Below are positions 50,257 to 64,000 of a stretch of DNA of 64,000 nt, piece by piece. Made by a program: the position numbers and the translations under genes. This DNA comes from the human T2T-CHM13v2.0 reference genome, Homo sapiens. The DNA is taken from NCBI RefSeq assembly GCF_009914755.1, contig NC_060925.1. One strand, given 5' to 3'. The number at the start of each line of letters is the position of its first letter. Within the stretch, counting starts at the first letter, position 1. The notes beneath the pieces are model-generated. The model did not search any database. It saw only the letters and a program-made list of their open reading frames with translations, and was not told where the DNA came from.

Positions 50257-50705
50257 GGCCAGGCACAGTCGCTCGAGAATATAATCCCAGCTACTCTAAG
50301 AGGCTGAGGTGGAGGGATCTTTAGGCCAGGAGTTTGAGACCAGCCTGGGGAAACATCACGAGACTCCATATCTGAAAACAATTTTTTTAAAAATTAGCCA
50401 AGCATGCCTGTTACCAGCTACTTGGGAAGCTGAGGCAGGAGGATTGTTTGAAGCCAGGAGTTTGAGACCAGCCTGAGCAAACTCAGTGAGATCCCATCTC
50501 TACAAAAATTACCAAAATTAACCAGCATGTTGGTACACATCTGTCGTCCCAGCTACATGGGAAGCTGAGGGAGGAGGATCACGTGACAGTTGAGCCCAAG
50601 AGTTCAAGGCTGCAGTGAGCTATGATCAGGCCACTGCATTCTAGCCTGGGCAATAGAGCAAGACCTTGTATCTAAAAAGAAAGAAAGAAAAGAAAAAAGA
50701 TAAAA
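50257..50705 (+). mobile_element. Three-arm AluJ/FLAM composite
   Basis: Two successive left-arm-like units (each with CAGGAGTTTGAGACCAGCCTG), then a right arm and an A-tail. Confidence 0.7.
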
Positions 50706-50738
50706 GAATAGGAAATATCATAGTGGACAGCACATAAG

Positions 50739-51058
50739 TAGAGGTGAAGCCAGCTGGACTTCCTCGGTGGAGTGGGGTCTTGGAGAACTTTTCTGTCTAG
50801 CTAGAGGATTGTAAATGCACCAATCAGCACTCTGTAAAAACGCACCAATCAGCGCTCTGTGTCTAGCTAAAGGATTGTAAAGGCACCAATCAGCACTCTG
50901 TAAAAATGCACCAATCAGCGCTCTGTGTCTAGCTAAAGGATTATAAATGCACCAATCAGCACTCTTAAGAGCTGTAACACTCACCGCGAAGGTCCACAGC
51001 TTCATTCTTGAAGTCAGTGAGACCAAGAACCCACCAGAAGGAACCAACTCCGGACACA
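50739..51058 (+). mobile_element. LTR12F-like (ERV9 family) solo LTR with internal deletion
   Basis: Starts (T)AGAGGTGAAGCCAGCTGGACTTCC, has repeated GCACCAATCAGC, ends AACTCCGGACACA; 4-bp TSD TAAG. Confidence 0.85.
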
Positions 51059-54000
51059 TAAGTACTTTTATTATAGACACATATTATGCTGTATTGCAAT
51101 AAAAAATGTATTTTTTGAACATCCTAGTCTACCTATCTTCAGAAGGCAAAAGCACCTCTGGTGTCCCTGTTGTGGTATCTCCTAGCCTACCTCTCTATAA
51201 AAGTTTTGCAATTAAGTATATTTGTGTTTTATACATCCTTGGGCTTCTCATAGTTTAAGGTCCTAACTGGAGTTCAGTCTTTCTCAGAGCCGTCTCATGG
51301 TATCCTCACTGATGAATGAATGCTGAATAGAAAGAGCCCTGCTTGCATATATGCAGGTAGTATGGTGGAGGGGAAATCTAGAAGTCATTTCTGAGCTCTG
51401 ACCTGCTGGATCATCACCCCCTGAACCCCCAGAGCCTCGGCATACAGCCTCACACTGTACCACCTATTTTGGTGGCCCAAGTTAGCTGAGAGAGAGGACC
51501 AGACACAGTGCCCACCATCACCTAGCACTGGCCCTGCTACCAAACAGTCATTCCTTTTAGCCCTCTCCTCCCCACCAAAAGCATTTCAGGCAAAGTGCCA
51601 GCTCCTGAAATGTGGCCTCTTTGAAGTGGTTAGTGAATGCCCCTGAAACCACCACCTTATGTATGGTGGTGCTTCTGCTGCCAGAGCTTAATACAGGGTC
51701 ATGTTCCTTTCCTCTGAAATCTGTAACATAAATTCAGTTTTAAACTGGATTTTTTTTTTAACAGTTGGTCTCTGAACAATCTTTAGGGTGGGGAGGGGAT
51801 AGTAGTGGTTGTTGGGGAGATATGTGCCCTTGAAAACTGGATTCTTTTTTGGAAAACTGCTGACACAGGCTAAATGGCAGAGAACTAAATGGCCCTACTG
51901 TTCCTACCTGCTGACAGGCTCAGCCTTGGGATGGGGCTGAAATGAGCTCTCGCCACATGGCAGAGACATGCCTTCCTCTTTTTATTCTTCTTTCTTACAA
52001 ATAGGGGGTACTTTTGTGCCTGTCAAAAAATACAGCTTTGAAATGTAGATAACCAATTAACAACAGTCCCACCCCCAACTTGGAAAGCACATGAGTGCTG
52101 ATCTAAATAACTAGAGAATCGGTAACAAGTAACCTCCCTATTGAGAACAGGTCTGAAACCTCTTTCATAATTGGTGTTCTTTGGGAAACGCTAATAGACA
52201 AACCCATCCAAGCTCAGGAAATGTACTGATTTAAAGAGGTCTAAGGAAGAGTGACCAGCCCAGTGGCCAGGCATCCCGGATGCCTAGGATCCTTATGTTT
52301 CCGTACATATCTGCTGTTACATCCTTTCTGTGAGCAAGGAGGCTTTGGAACATTACAGTCTTGTCTTGGGGAGATGAGATGACACAGTGCATTTCAGTTC
52401 TGTTTCCAATGCTGTTATCTGTTGGAAAAAGGAAGCTTTCCTACCCATTTTGTCAGCATACAACTGGTAGGAGCTGTTGCAATCTCATTGTCTTCTGATC
52501 AGCCCCTCGGCAGCAGTCAGAGTGGAGGCCAGTGAAGCACTCTGACCAAATGGTTGTGGTGAGTTTCAAAATAAGAGATCCCAGCCTGAGCACACCATCA
52601 CACTTCCCATCCGATAGAACCAGCATTGTTAACTGTACCACATCTCTATTCTAAATTTAGGCATCTTTTTTTTTTTCCAGGCAAAGATTACTATGCAAAC
52701 ATTTAAGAGAAAAACTTTGTCCAAAGTAATTTTTTCCCCCAACTTCTATTTGGTTTCCTGCAATGTTGAGATGACTCATTCTCTTCCAAGAAATTTTAAA
52801 GAAAAGAGATGCAGGCTGTATGTTAGTACACAAAGACTGCTCTGTAAATTCTTTTTCTTCCCTGTCTAGAAACCCCTTGCCTTTTTATAGAGAACGGAAA
52901 AGCTCTACAGTCTTCATTGTCATGTACTCGGCCTCATCAGGTTTTGTTGTTCCCAGGAATAAATGTCCCCCTTGTCTTTGGGTGGGGCCCCCTTGTGGCT
53001 TACCAGCTCTGTCAACCCCACTGCAGTGGCCAGCACGGAAGCCCTTCCTGGGGCCACGCTTTCCCCCAAAGGCACACAGTTAAGGTTTCTGAAACAGAGA
53101 ACGAATGGCCTTTTATCATCTGTGAAAGGAGAGACACTGGCAATTTCCTGCCTCTGGCCTAGTGTCAGAATTTCTCCTGATTGCTAGAGGCTGTATTGCA
53201 CATTTTAAGTGGGCTCGCTACACATGTAGTCCCAGCCCAACCCTCAGCCAGAGGGAGCAGTAAGTCAGATCACTTCAGCAGCCTGTTCAAATAAACAGGG
53301 ATAATAGTTGAGTGGTCCTCCCAACTAATCAGTACATGAAAGGAAACATCTGCCTGGGCTTAATTGCTGTTGTTTTTGGTTACACTTTTCCCTCCCCTTC
53401 TTCCCCCATCCCCCACTCTGGGGCTAGGTTATTTAAGTCATGGGTAAGCAACAGGGTAGAGGAATAGGAGCTTTCTCCTTTAACCTCTGCCATTCAAACA
53501 TAAGGAGGAGTTAAGAAACGATAGGCTGGCAGGGGGAGATGGCCCGGAGGCAGGAGGGCAGGGCGGTGGGAAGTGATACTCATGGTCACTTCCTGACCCT
53601 GTTGCTGACTCTGGGGCTCAGAGTGAGTCATGTTGCCTCACTTCACCTCCTTGGGCCTCTGTTGCTTCAGTGGAGCTCAGCTTTCCTCTCAATGGAAAGG
53701 ACAGGCTGGTATGTGAGATCACAGATGAAAGGCATTCCCTCTTGTGGCTTCTTCCAGCAGTTGAGGTCATTGGATGAGAGACCCTGGAATGATAAATTTA
53801 AGACTGGCAAGATCCCCTGAACCCGTCCATTTTGTAGAGCATCTGGGTCCCCGAGGAGAACTTGCTCATTATCTTCTAGCCAACCAGCCATACACTAAAG
53901 GGAGGGATGTTTGAAGCTAATATGGACTCTAGAAGCCAGGCAGAAGATCATGTAGAATCATAGAATGGCAGAGGTTGGAAAAGACTTTAGAAATGTTTTA

Positions 54001-54189
54001 GCTGAAGCTTTTCATTTTATAGAAGGGAAAACAGAGGGCCAGAGAGGTTAACCAGGTTGTCCAGAGTTACCTCTTTGGTAATGCAGGAGCCAGGAATAGA
54101 AAGAGAATCTTGTGATTGCTAATTTAGGGCTCCTTCCACCCCTTTCCCCACTATCAGATGTAAAAATTCATGCTTACTCATGACAGAGG

Positions 54190-54870
54190 CCACACATAGG
54201 TTATATTCCATAATGAATACCTTAATAGAAAAATGGGCAGAGAACACCTTAATAAGAAAATGGCAGATTATAAAAGAAAAATGAAAATGACTGATAAACA
54301 TTTTTAAAAATGCTCAGGCTCATTAGAATCAAAGGATTGCAAATTACAATAGGATACCACATCAAATTGTCAAGACAAAAAAATGTGAAATAAACATTCA
54401 TATATGCTATTGGTGGTATTTTAAATTGGTACCGTTTTTCTCAAAGGCATTTTAGTGGTATAAATGGTAGTCTTTGACCCAGCAATGTTATTTCTAGGAG
54501 AAAATAATGAAAGGTGTGTGCATTAGATCATATACAAAGTAATGTGATATGGCATTTTTTATCACAAAAATTTAGAAGTGAAGTAAATGTCCAAGAATGG
54601 GAGCTACATCAATAGAACGTATTATAATGCTATAGAACAATAATACATGTGGAAATGTTTACAACATATGTTTAAGTGAATAAGTTACAAAACAGGATTT
54701 ATAATGCAATCCCAATTTTGTAAAACTAGAAAAGATTAGAAAAATACATAACAACACTTAGAGTGGTGATTTCTTAGTGGTAGGAATTTAAGAGTTACTT
54801 TTGTTTTCTTTTTTGAGGTTTTCTAGTTTCCTTATTATAATAAACATACATTACTTTTGTAATCAGAAAA
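54190..54870 (+). mobile_element. L1ME-like 3' relic
   Basis: Degenerate ORF2 end (AAAATGGGCAG, TTTGACCCAGCAAT) and 3'UTR. Confidence 0.55.
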
Positions 54871-55159
54871 AAAAGTATTTTTTAAGTAGAGATGTATGTA
54901 CCTTGAAAAAAAGCAAGATCTTAAATGATTGTGTATCTGACATGAAAGTCCTTCCTTTTTTTGCCTGGGAGCTAGCAGCTATGGTGGGAGGGATGGGAAA
55001 CAGTATTATAACTTCTGTTAGGGTGGCATTTTGATACCCGAATTTCTGGTAGGAAAGATCTAGAAGGAGCTGGCAAAAGATAAAACAAGGGCTTTCCCTC
55101 TCAATGACCCATGCTGCCAATCAGTTTTAGCTCTCTTAGGTTTGGCATACAACACTTAG

Positions 55160-55510
<351 letters not shown>

Positions 55511-56199
55511 CTCATTCTTTATTTCTACTGCTCTATGTAGTTAGATGTCAGCCCTGGGTGGCAGCAGCAAAGAACCCAGGAGCCATCACTGCTCAAGATT
55601 AACTAGTTGGAGACCCCTTAACATATATTTTCAGCATCTAGTAACAGCTAATCTCACAGGCAGTCAATATTGAGATACCGCTGCCTTGTGAGTTTTGGGT
55701 AGAAATAAAGCAAGTAAGAAATATAGTTCCATCCTGCTTGGAGTTTTCTATTTAGTTAGGGACTTTGAAGTCCCTAAATGTTTATATACTTTTTCCTATT
55801 TCATCCCATTACACATCTTACTTTCCTTTGAAATCTTCTGGAATGCTTGACTGCAAGTATCTGAGAAACCGTGTTCCACCTAACAACAGTTGCTAGGTAG
55901 GATGTGGCTTTCAGGCCTGCTCTTTGGGGACCAATAGAAAAACCAAAGGCTACCACCCTTTTTCCCTCTACGCAATTGCCTTTGCTAGGCTATAGAGAGG
56001 GCACATTTCATTTTATTAAAACTCTTTGAGTAATCTGACCATAATTGGGTCTGATTGGAGTGGTTATCTGATTTGCTGGGTTAAATAATGGGCCTTAATT
56101 GAGTCTGGGTTATTTGTAGAGCCAGTGTGGCTTTTGCCTTTGTTGCTCCCTCCTCTCTCTTCTGTTTCCCAATTAACCTTCATTCCTCTTTCCTTGCAG

Positions 56200-56262
56200 A
56201 GTAAAGAAGTCGGCCAGCAGCTCCAAGATGATTTGATGAAGGTCCTGAACGAGCTCTACTCG
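56200..56262 (+). CDS. SRGAP2: SRGAP2-family coding exon (fourth coding exon, 63 nt, residues ~142-162)
   Basis: CTTTCCTTGCAG| acceptor and TCG|GTAAAT donor. Translates SKEVGQQLQDDLMKVLNELYS, the continuation of ...GRLFKK. Phase 0-0. Confidence 0.95.
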
Positions 56263-58221
56263 GTAAATCAGATGGGTTGCTTGGCTCTTTAACAAGCAGA
56301 GGGAAGCAGCATTTGGCAGCTTGCAGCCATAGTACATCAGCAACAGAACTGAACTGAGGTTGAGGACAAGTGCATGGTCCCCACTGGGGGTGACCCCACC
56401 CATCTCTTTTTTCACACTCGTCTTTTCAAAACGGAATGAGTCAAAAAATACTTCCTCAAAATAAGTTTTCTCCTCAGCTATGCAAGCTCACCCTGGCTTT
56501 ATTTGGGGCATAATTACTAGAGACCAGCCAAAGTCTAGGTCATTGGCACAATGGACCCTGTTAGCAGCAAACCAGGGACCCTGAACTAATGGCAAGGAAC
56601 GTAGCCTGCATTGCACTATTAATATGTGCCTGTCGGAAAGCCTTTATTGTTCTAGGTTTTTCATCAGATCTTGGATTGATGTATGGCTTTGAGACTAGAA
56701 CAAATGCTCTAGAGGGCAGCACAGAGTCCTAAATGTCCCCAGTAAGAGGGACCAGTTTGAGCAGAGAGAGCTTTGCCTGGCTTCCTGGAGTTTTATAAAG
56801 CCAAACCTCAGTGACGAGGCAGGCTGCGGGCTTGGAGAAGAGAACACAATCTGTTCTGAGATGACTGGCGCTTCAGGCACATGATGCCTGTGGCTGGTGC
56901 GTGTTAATTCATGCGCAGAGAGGTGGTGGTGGTGGTTGTTCCCCAGCCATGTTTTTCTAATTATAATGAAAACAAACACACACTCACACACATACACACC
57001 AAGGAAATTCCTGTTGTTATACAGGGAATACTTAAGTTATACAGCTAATGCCTTTCAGGGGCCCCTTCTCCAGCTTGGATGTGCCAGCCTACTATGTCAT
57101 TCTCCAGGGTTTCTCCATCCTGTTTGAAGGTGATACTGATTTCTGATGTTTACTTGCTTATTTGCTGCATTTTTTCTTTTCTTTTCTTCCTTTGTTTTTT
57201 TTTTTAATTCACAGAACAGGCAGTGGTGACATGCATGACAGGCATTTGGGATCAGATGTTGCTGATCCAGAAGCCTAGGTGTGGCCATTTTGTCATGGCA
57301 ACTGTTAAGCAAGTAAATAGGGTAGAGTAGTCATCTGACTTATCTCCAGAGATGTTCAGTTTGTTTTGAATTTCTACTCTGTGACACTTCTGCTCTGAAG
57401 CCAAGCATAGATAGATGGTACCTTTCGTTCAACTCCCAAGTTTTCATTTCTCTCAAATGAAGTTAAGAGGTTTTAAAAATAGAAACACATCGATGTGAGC
57501 CATTTTCAGACTGGATGGGTTTCCTGAACCTTGTCTTTTTAATGCTTTACTTCTGCTCTTTTAGATCAATTTCTAAGCGCCAAGAAGAGCTATTACTCCT
57601 TTCTCCTAGCAGAGAATTCCCTAAGATAGAAAATGACACATGTAGTCATTGTATAAATTCTTTTATTTTCCTGTAAGCATCTTGACCCTCTACTATTTGC
57701 AGCTGTTTCTGGGGAGGAGTAGTTTGGATAACCAACAAACCTTGCCACTTCTTCAGTGGGACTCAAGGCAGCAGAAGAAGACTACTGTCTAAGGATCTGT
57801 TAGCTTTTACCCAGGGTCCTATGTCTCTTCATATGCTGTGCTTTAAAAAAAAAAAAATAAGTGAAAGGGCGTAAGCTGTGTTTGAGTGAGGAAGAAAACC
57901 TTGGAACTTATTTCTCTGGTCTGCAGAGGGCCGAGCTGCTACCTCTGACTGCAGACTTAAGACAGCCCAATATTCGCCAACTACTTTACTGGCCATTGTG
58001 AGGCCATGGTCAACATAGAGCATAACATCTTCCCATTGATGTTCAAACTGAGAATTGCCTGAGTGTGGTATCCCCTGCCATAAGGTGAGCTGGAATACAC
58101 CTTCATAATCTGTTAAAGGCCAAAATTAAAATGTGATGTTTTCCTCTAGTAGGCAATGGAAAGAGGGAAAAAAAAGAGTAGAGGCACTAGGAAGTTTCAG
58201 AGAAGTCAAAACATTCTGGTC

Positions 58222-58467
58222 CAAATGGAGTTTTAAGCAGAGGGAGTTTTACCCCGAGAGGACATTTGGCAATGCCTGAAGACATTTTTGATTGTCACAA
58301 CTGGAGGAGTAGAAGGTGCTACTGACATCTAATGATCTAGAGGCCAGGGGTGCTGCTAAAATCCTACAGTGCACAGGGCAGCTCCCACAACAAAGAATTA
58401 TCTGACCCACAATGTCAATACAGAGACATTGACAATCTTCTGACCCACAAGATTGAGAAATGCTGGT
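58222..58467 (+). mobile_element. MER20 (hAT-Charlie)
   Basis: GGACATTTGGCAATG...TTGTCACAACTGG...CACAACAAAGAATTATC...TTGAGAAA. Confidence 0.8.
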
Positions 58468-58709
58468 CTAGTGACTAGAGTCTCCTGAATTAAGCAGCCT
58501 AGATTCTACCCTGTCTTGACTACTAGCTGTATGAGCTTGAGGGATACCCCAAACCTCTATGACCTTGGTGTCTGCATACACTCCATGCACTGGTATTTCT
58601 ATATCCTAGGGGGTGGAGTAGTTGGGTGAGTTATACTTCCTGAAATATTAGGCTATAGCTAAGGATCAAATAGGTTTCCAGAGTCTGTAGGCCATTAGAA
58701 AGTTCAGTG

Positions 58710-59353
<644 letters not shown>

Positions 59354-59411
59354 TTATTTCTTCTGGAGATTAAGATAGGTTTAGGACTGGTCTGAATAAG
59401 GCACCATGGGA

Positions 59412-59526
59412 TTACGGTGACTAACTGTCCCTCTTTGCCTAGTACTGAAGAGTTTCCTGGGACATGAAATTGTCAGTGATGAAACTGGAAAAGTTCTAGG
59501 TTAAAAAGGGTTAATTGGTCACCTTG
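59412..59526. mobile_element. MER81-like hAT-Blackjack MITE
   Basis: ~114 nt bounded by inverted GGTGAC...GTCACC ends. A partial related copy lies near 26715-26775. Confidence 0.6.
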
Positions 59527-61285
59527 CATGGGAGAGTGGTTTTATCAGGTGGGAAGCTGGGACTGTTACATGCTAGCTTTGGGAAGCTGCTTGCTGTATG
59601 CACACCTTTGAGGAGTCAAGAAGAGAACAAGGGAGAGTTTCTTAGAAGGAGCTTTCCCATTATTTGCTTGTCAGGAAGGCAGGGAAGGGCCTCTCATTTC
59701 AATGACGTTGTAGGCAATAGAAGTTATTTGGGGTCACTGGAAAAAGGAAACCAAGGATATAAGAAACCCACCCAGTTTTTTCATGTCCTTCACATCTGCT
59801 CCTAATGCCCATGAATACCTTTTTTTAGGGGACTAGTTATCCAAGGGTTGGTAATTTTAGTACCTTTGAACCTTGATGATCCAAGGAGCAGGACCCAGGT
59901 GTTCCCAAATAAAGATGCCTTTGGGCACCGGGCCCAGAATGCCGCCATGAGTGGCCAGCTGCCCCTCTGCACCTTCCTCTTTTCTGCCTGAAGGGCCTTT
60001 GATTTCCCTGACTTGGCATTCTGTGCTGGGGCCTGCTTCCCACAGCTGCTATTCAGAGAGCAATCCTAGCGAGCATTCTTCTCCACGTGTTTTCCCCCCA
60101 TAATGAGCTGGCTTGTATGTAAGCCATGGCATAAGTGGTTTTCATTTTCTGACTGATGCACCGGGAATGCCTTTGAAGTCAGAACACACTGCTTCCCAAA
60201 GAACTCTGGGATTCTTTGCCTCAGTTGTACTCAGAGGTCGTGTCTGGAAAAACCCAGCAAACCCCCACAGGAAGGAGTGTACATGGAGGCACTGAAGCCA
60301 GTGTGGATTGGCTGAGTATGAAGAGTCAAGGAAGCTCTAGAATTGAGAAAAAAGAGGCTTTGGGACACTTTGGGGCTGTTGTTATTCCAGAGGCCTTATG
60401 CTTCTGTACTCCCCCTAAATTTACATCCCCTTGGCTTGGAGCAGCGGCTGTGTGCTGGCAGAGCTACTTCAGACTGGTATTTAGCACCTGTTCCCTTGAA
60501 ACAATGGCACTTAATAGTCTCTCAACTCTGCTTGCCTATTTGACTCTGGCACTAGGCACTAGGGAGACAAGAACAAATAAGAGATGTTTCTGACCTCAAG
60601 GCGTTTAGTTTTAATAGGGAGAGACAGAAAAGTAAAGCATCAAGTGAAAAATGAAGTGACAAGAACTCATTTACATGTCTGCACAGAGGACAGGGATGAA
60701 GTCAGGCTCCTTGAAGAGATACTTGAATTGAATCTTTATTGCCAAGAACTCTTTTCTTGTTCTCTACATGTTCCCTTTTTTGTTGCATCCAACTTTTGTT
60801 TCATGATGCAGTATCGTTTTATTTCTCATTTATCTCTCCAGGGCTATTATGGATATATTGTTTTCAAACTTTTCTTCTTGTTGTATAATATTTCTTCTAA
60901 ATTGCTAGTTTTGGTCTTGGTCTTTCATATTAGACATTTCCTTTAAATGCCTGGTCATTCTTAGCTGCCTATTCACATTTTAAAGTGAGGCACTAAAAGA
61001 TTCTATGTCAGCTGTGGCCTTCACAGTAGGGTGTTCTAACTGGGCTGTGTCCTTGTGGAAGCCCCAACTTTAGTATTTCTAGGTCTCTTATCTTGGATGG
61101 TCAGATTGCCGAGAGATCACACTTTTGATCTCCCACTCATGTCTGGGAGCTGAGTTGTGAAGAGGCCTAGACCATCTCAAAATTTAACATAGACTTCAGC
61201 TAATCCTCCTGTTGAAGTTCAGTATACCCCTATCCTCAGCTGAACCTTGTATCCCCTAGTCCATGGACCCTCTCTAACAGAATAA

Positions 61286-61661
<376 letters not shown>

Positions 61662-62040
61662 CTGTTCTCAGACTTTCAATAGCTTATTTTGTGTTTAGCT
61701 CTACCTTCATCCCACTGCTACTTATTTCTCTTCGGGCTTCTGTGATATAAATCTGGCTGCTTCCTGGCTCACTCTAGTTTTGGTTTAGGACTCAAGTAGA
61801 TGAGTTACTGTTTGCCTACCTGCTTTTCGGCTTCAGCTTCCATTCTTTTTGTTTTTCTCAATTTATACCTAAATGATAATCATTTTAGAACCTTTTTTTT
61901 CCTATTATTTTAGTGTGGCTGTCAGAGGGAGCAGAGCTAAATATGTGACTTCAGTGTTTAGTTTTTCAAAGTAAAGTGGAATGTTCTTTGCAGAACTGAG
62001 AATTTAGACTTTTCAGTTTTTCCCCATAGTTTGCATTTGC

Positions 62041-62300
62041 CTATCTATATATAGATAGAAGTATGTATATGTATATCTTTATGTATACATATCTATATAT
62101 ACATATATGTGTAGCTATATGTCTAAGACATAGATATATAGATATACATACATTTACATATGTATATGTACATAGATATATATATCTAAGTCCTATCTTG
62201 GCTTTCTCTAAGTCCTATCTTGACTATAAATATATATTTATAAATATATATTTAACATGTATATCTGTATCTATATACATTTCTAAGTCCTGTCTTGACT
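62041..62300. repeat. (TA)-rich low-complexity region
   Basis: Degenerate TA/TATG/TAGA repeats. Confidence 0.85.
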
Positions 62301-63197
62301 TTCCTATTTTTTCAATTGTTTTGGCATCACTTATTTAAGCTTCAGCTTCTAGGTACCTCAGTTTTCTCTTGAGCTGGAAGGCACTAATAAAGCTTCTCCA
62401 GTATTTACCCAGAAGAGAGATTCAGTGTCATTCAGTCATTTGGGCAACCACTTTGTAAAACTACCATTGTGTATATGACATATTTCTCCACTGTGAGAAG
62501 AAAACACAAAAGAAGTAGAGCTTAGCGTGAAGAATGTATAGTTTCTTAGGCAAAGTAGCGTTTTACTCTCTTTTAACAAGAAAGTTCTTTAAGTTTTTTA
62601 GGGGAAAGTAACATTGTAAATTGTTGATTTTTGTTACTTCATTTGTTGACTTGGTAGCGCTATTCTTTGACCCCTTTTTTATCTCATGTTTATTCATAAC
62701 GTTTTCTCTTTATCATGCACCTTCATGAAATAGGAAATCACTTTAAAAAAGAAAAAAAGCACTCACTTTTGTAACTTCTCACTAAGCTTTTGAATCCCAT
62801 GGTCAGATTCAGGTGAAAAAAGAGAAAAAAAAGAGGAGCCTCCTATCTACACTTCTTCAGCTGAGATAACAGATGCCTCTTTTCCACTTCTTAGTTAACC
62901 TGGAAAGCTGGGGGTCTGTTTGAATTACTTAGAAAGGCTTTTAAACGCCATTAGTTGTTAAGTATTTTTTCTTCTGTATAGAAAATATGAAGAGTATTAT
63001 CCTGGTAAAATTTACGGGAAGTAGTGTTAGGTTCAGAATGAGGTGAAACTGATTTAAAACATTCTGCATTCAAAATGAGACATAATTTAGACTCTAATGT
63101 ACTTTGATTTTGTCAGTGTCCCAGTATTCTTTATTCTTTCATCTGCCTCTAGCTGATCGTAGGGGCTAGATTAGTATACCCACAAAGTCTTTCTAAG

Positions 63198-63410
63198 CTA
63201 GATTTTCTCAGCGTCAGCACCATTGACATTTGGGCCAGATAATTAGTTGTTGTGGGGGCTGTCCTGTGCATGGGATGTTCAGCAGCATCCCTGACCTCTA
63301 ACTACTAGATGCCAGTAGCAATCCCCAAGTTGTGACAATCAAAAATATTTCCAGACACTGCCACATTTCCCCTGGGGGCCAAAATAGCCCCAGGTTGAGA
63401 CACTTCTCTA
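63198..63410 (-). mobile_element. MER20
   Basis: ATTGACATTTGGGCCAGATAATT...CAGCAGCATCCCTG...GTTGTGACAATCAAAAAT...GGTTGAGA. Confidence 0.8.
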
Positions 63411-63519
63411 ACTCAGGTTCATACATGGAACCAGTTTCTCTTTTCAGGAATATCTTGACCATATTTAACCTTTCCTCCCAACCAGTTCAGCTCCAGTCCT
63501 ATCCAGAGGAGAGTCGGTG

Positions 63520-63745
63520 TTGCTTAATGGCTAAGAATGTGGTCTTTGGAGTCTGACAGACCTGGGTTTGAATCCTGATTCCACCATTTACTCATTGTAT
63601 GACCTTGGGTATGATAGTTAATCTCTCTGAGCCTTATTTCCTTATCTTTAGAAATAGAAATAATAACAGTGTCTTTCACAGAGTTATTGTAAGAATTAAA
63701 TGAGGTAATGTACGTAAAGCCCATGGTACACAATGTTTATTAAGT
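63520..63745 (-). mobile_element. MIR
   Basis: GACAGACCTGGGTTTGAATCCTG...TGACCTTGGG...TCTCTCTGAGCCTTATTTCC. Confidence 0.75.
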
Positions 63746-63788
63746 GGTAGATATTAATAATAATATTGTACCTTTGCACTCCTGTGTT

Positions 63789-63840
63789 ACACACACACAT
63801 GCACACACACACACACACACACACACATGCACACACACAC
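63789..63840. repeat. (CA)n microsatellite, interrupted
   Basis: Read directly. Confidence 0.95.
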
Positions 63841-64000
63841 CCAACTTCTACTCTCTAATTCTCCATCTCAAAGAAATCTTATGGCATCACACTTTCAGCA
63901 CTCGTGAACTCCCTGTGTGGAAACAGAAAGTTCCCACAGAGTAGAGCAGGCACTAGGTGGCTGGAAGTAGTATGTTTAGTAGGATTGGAAACAAGCTTGA

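Noticed and set aside
50790-50964. Regularly spaced repeats resembling a CRISPR-like array
   Set aside because: These are the known LTR12 U3 tandem repeats with non-unique spacers, in a eukaryotic context.

Overview
Primate, almost certainly human, genomic DNA from inside an SRGAP2-family gene (SLIT-ROBO Rho GAP 2, F-BAR region) on the + strand. Two known coding exons are present: 15057-15219 (163 nt, K87/88-K141) and 56200-56262 (63 nt, S142-S162). The rest is intron rich in Alu, L1, L2, MIR, LTR and DNA-transposon relics. Codon 108 is CGG (Arg), which points to SRGAP2A or SRGAP2B rather than SRGAP2C. The most unusual region is the first 5.9 kb, a nested antisense stack. It contains a TSD-bounded L1PA2 whose 5'UTR lacks exactly the ~524-nt intra-5'UTR intron (a SpIRE97/622-type spliced insertion). 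That L1 sits at the point where a CpG-rich RAP1GDS1 (SmgGDS) retrocopy 5' segment stops matching its parent, and the retrocopy abuts the A-tail of an Alu monomer. Other highlights: a candidate frame-preserving 48-nt cassette exon (13079-13126), an AluYa5-like insertion that may be paralog-specific, an AluYd-type element, and an LTR12F solo LTR reduced to its CCAAT array. Most ORFs in the supplied track are spurious (repeat-derived or random). Gene and repeat identities rest on recalled sequences, not on database searches.
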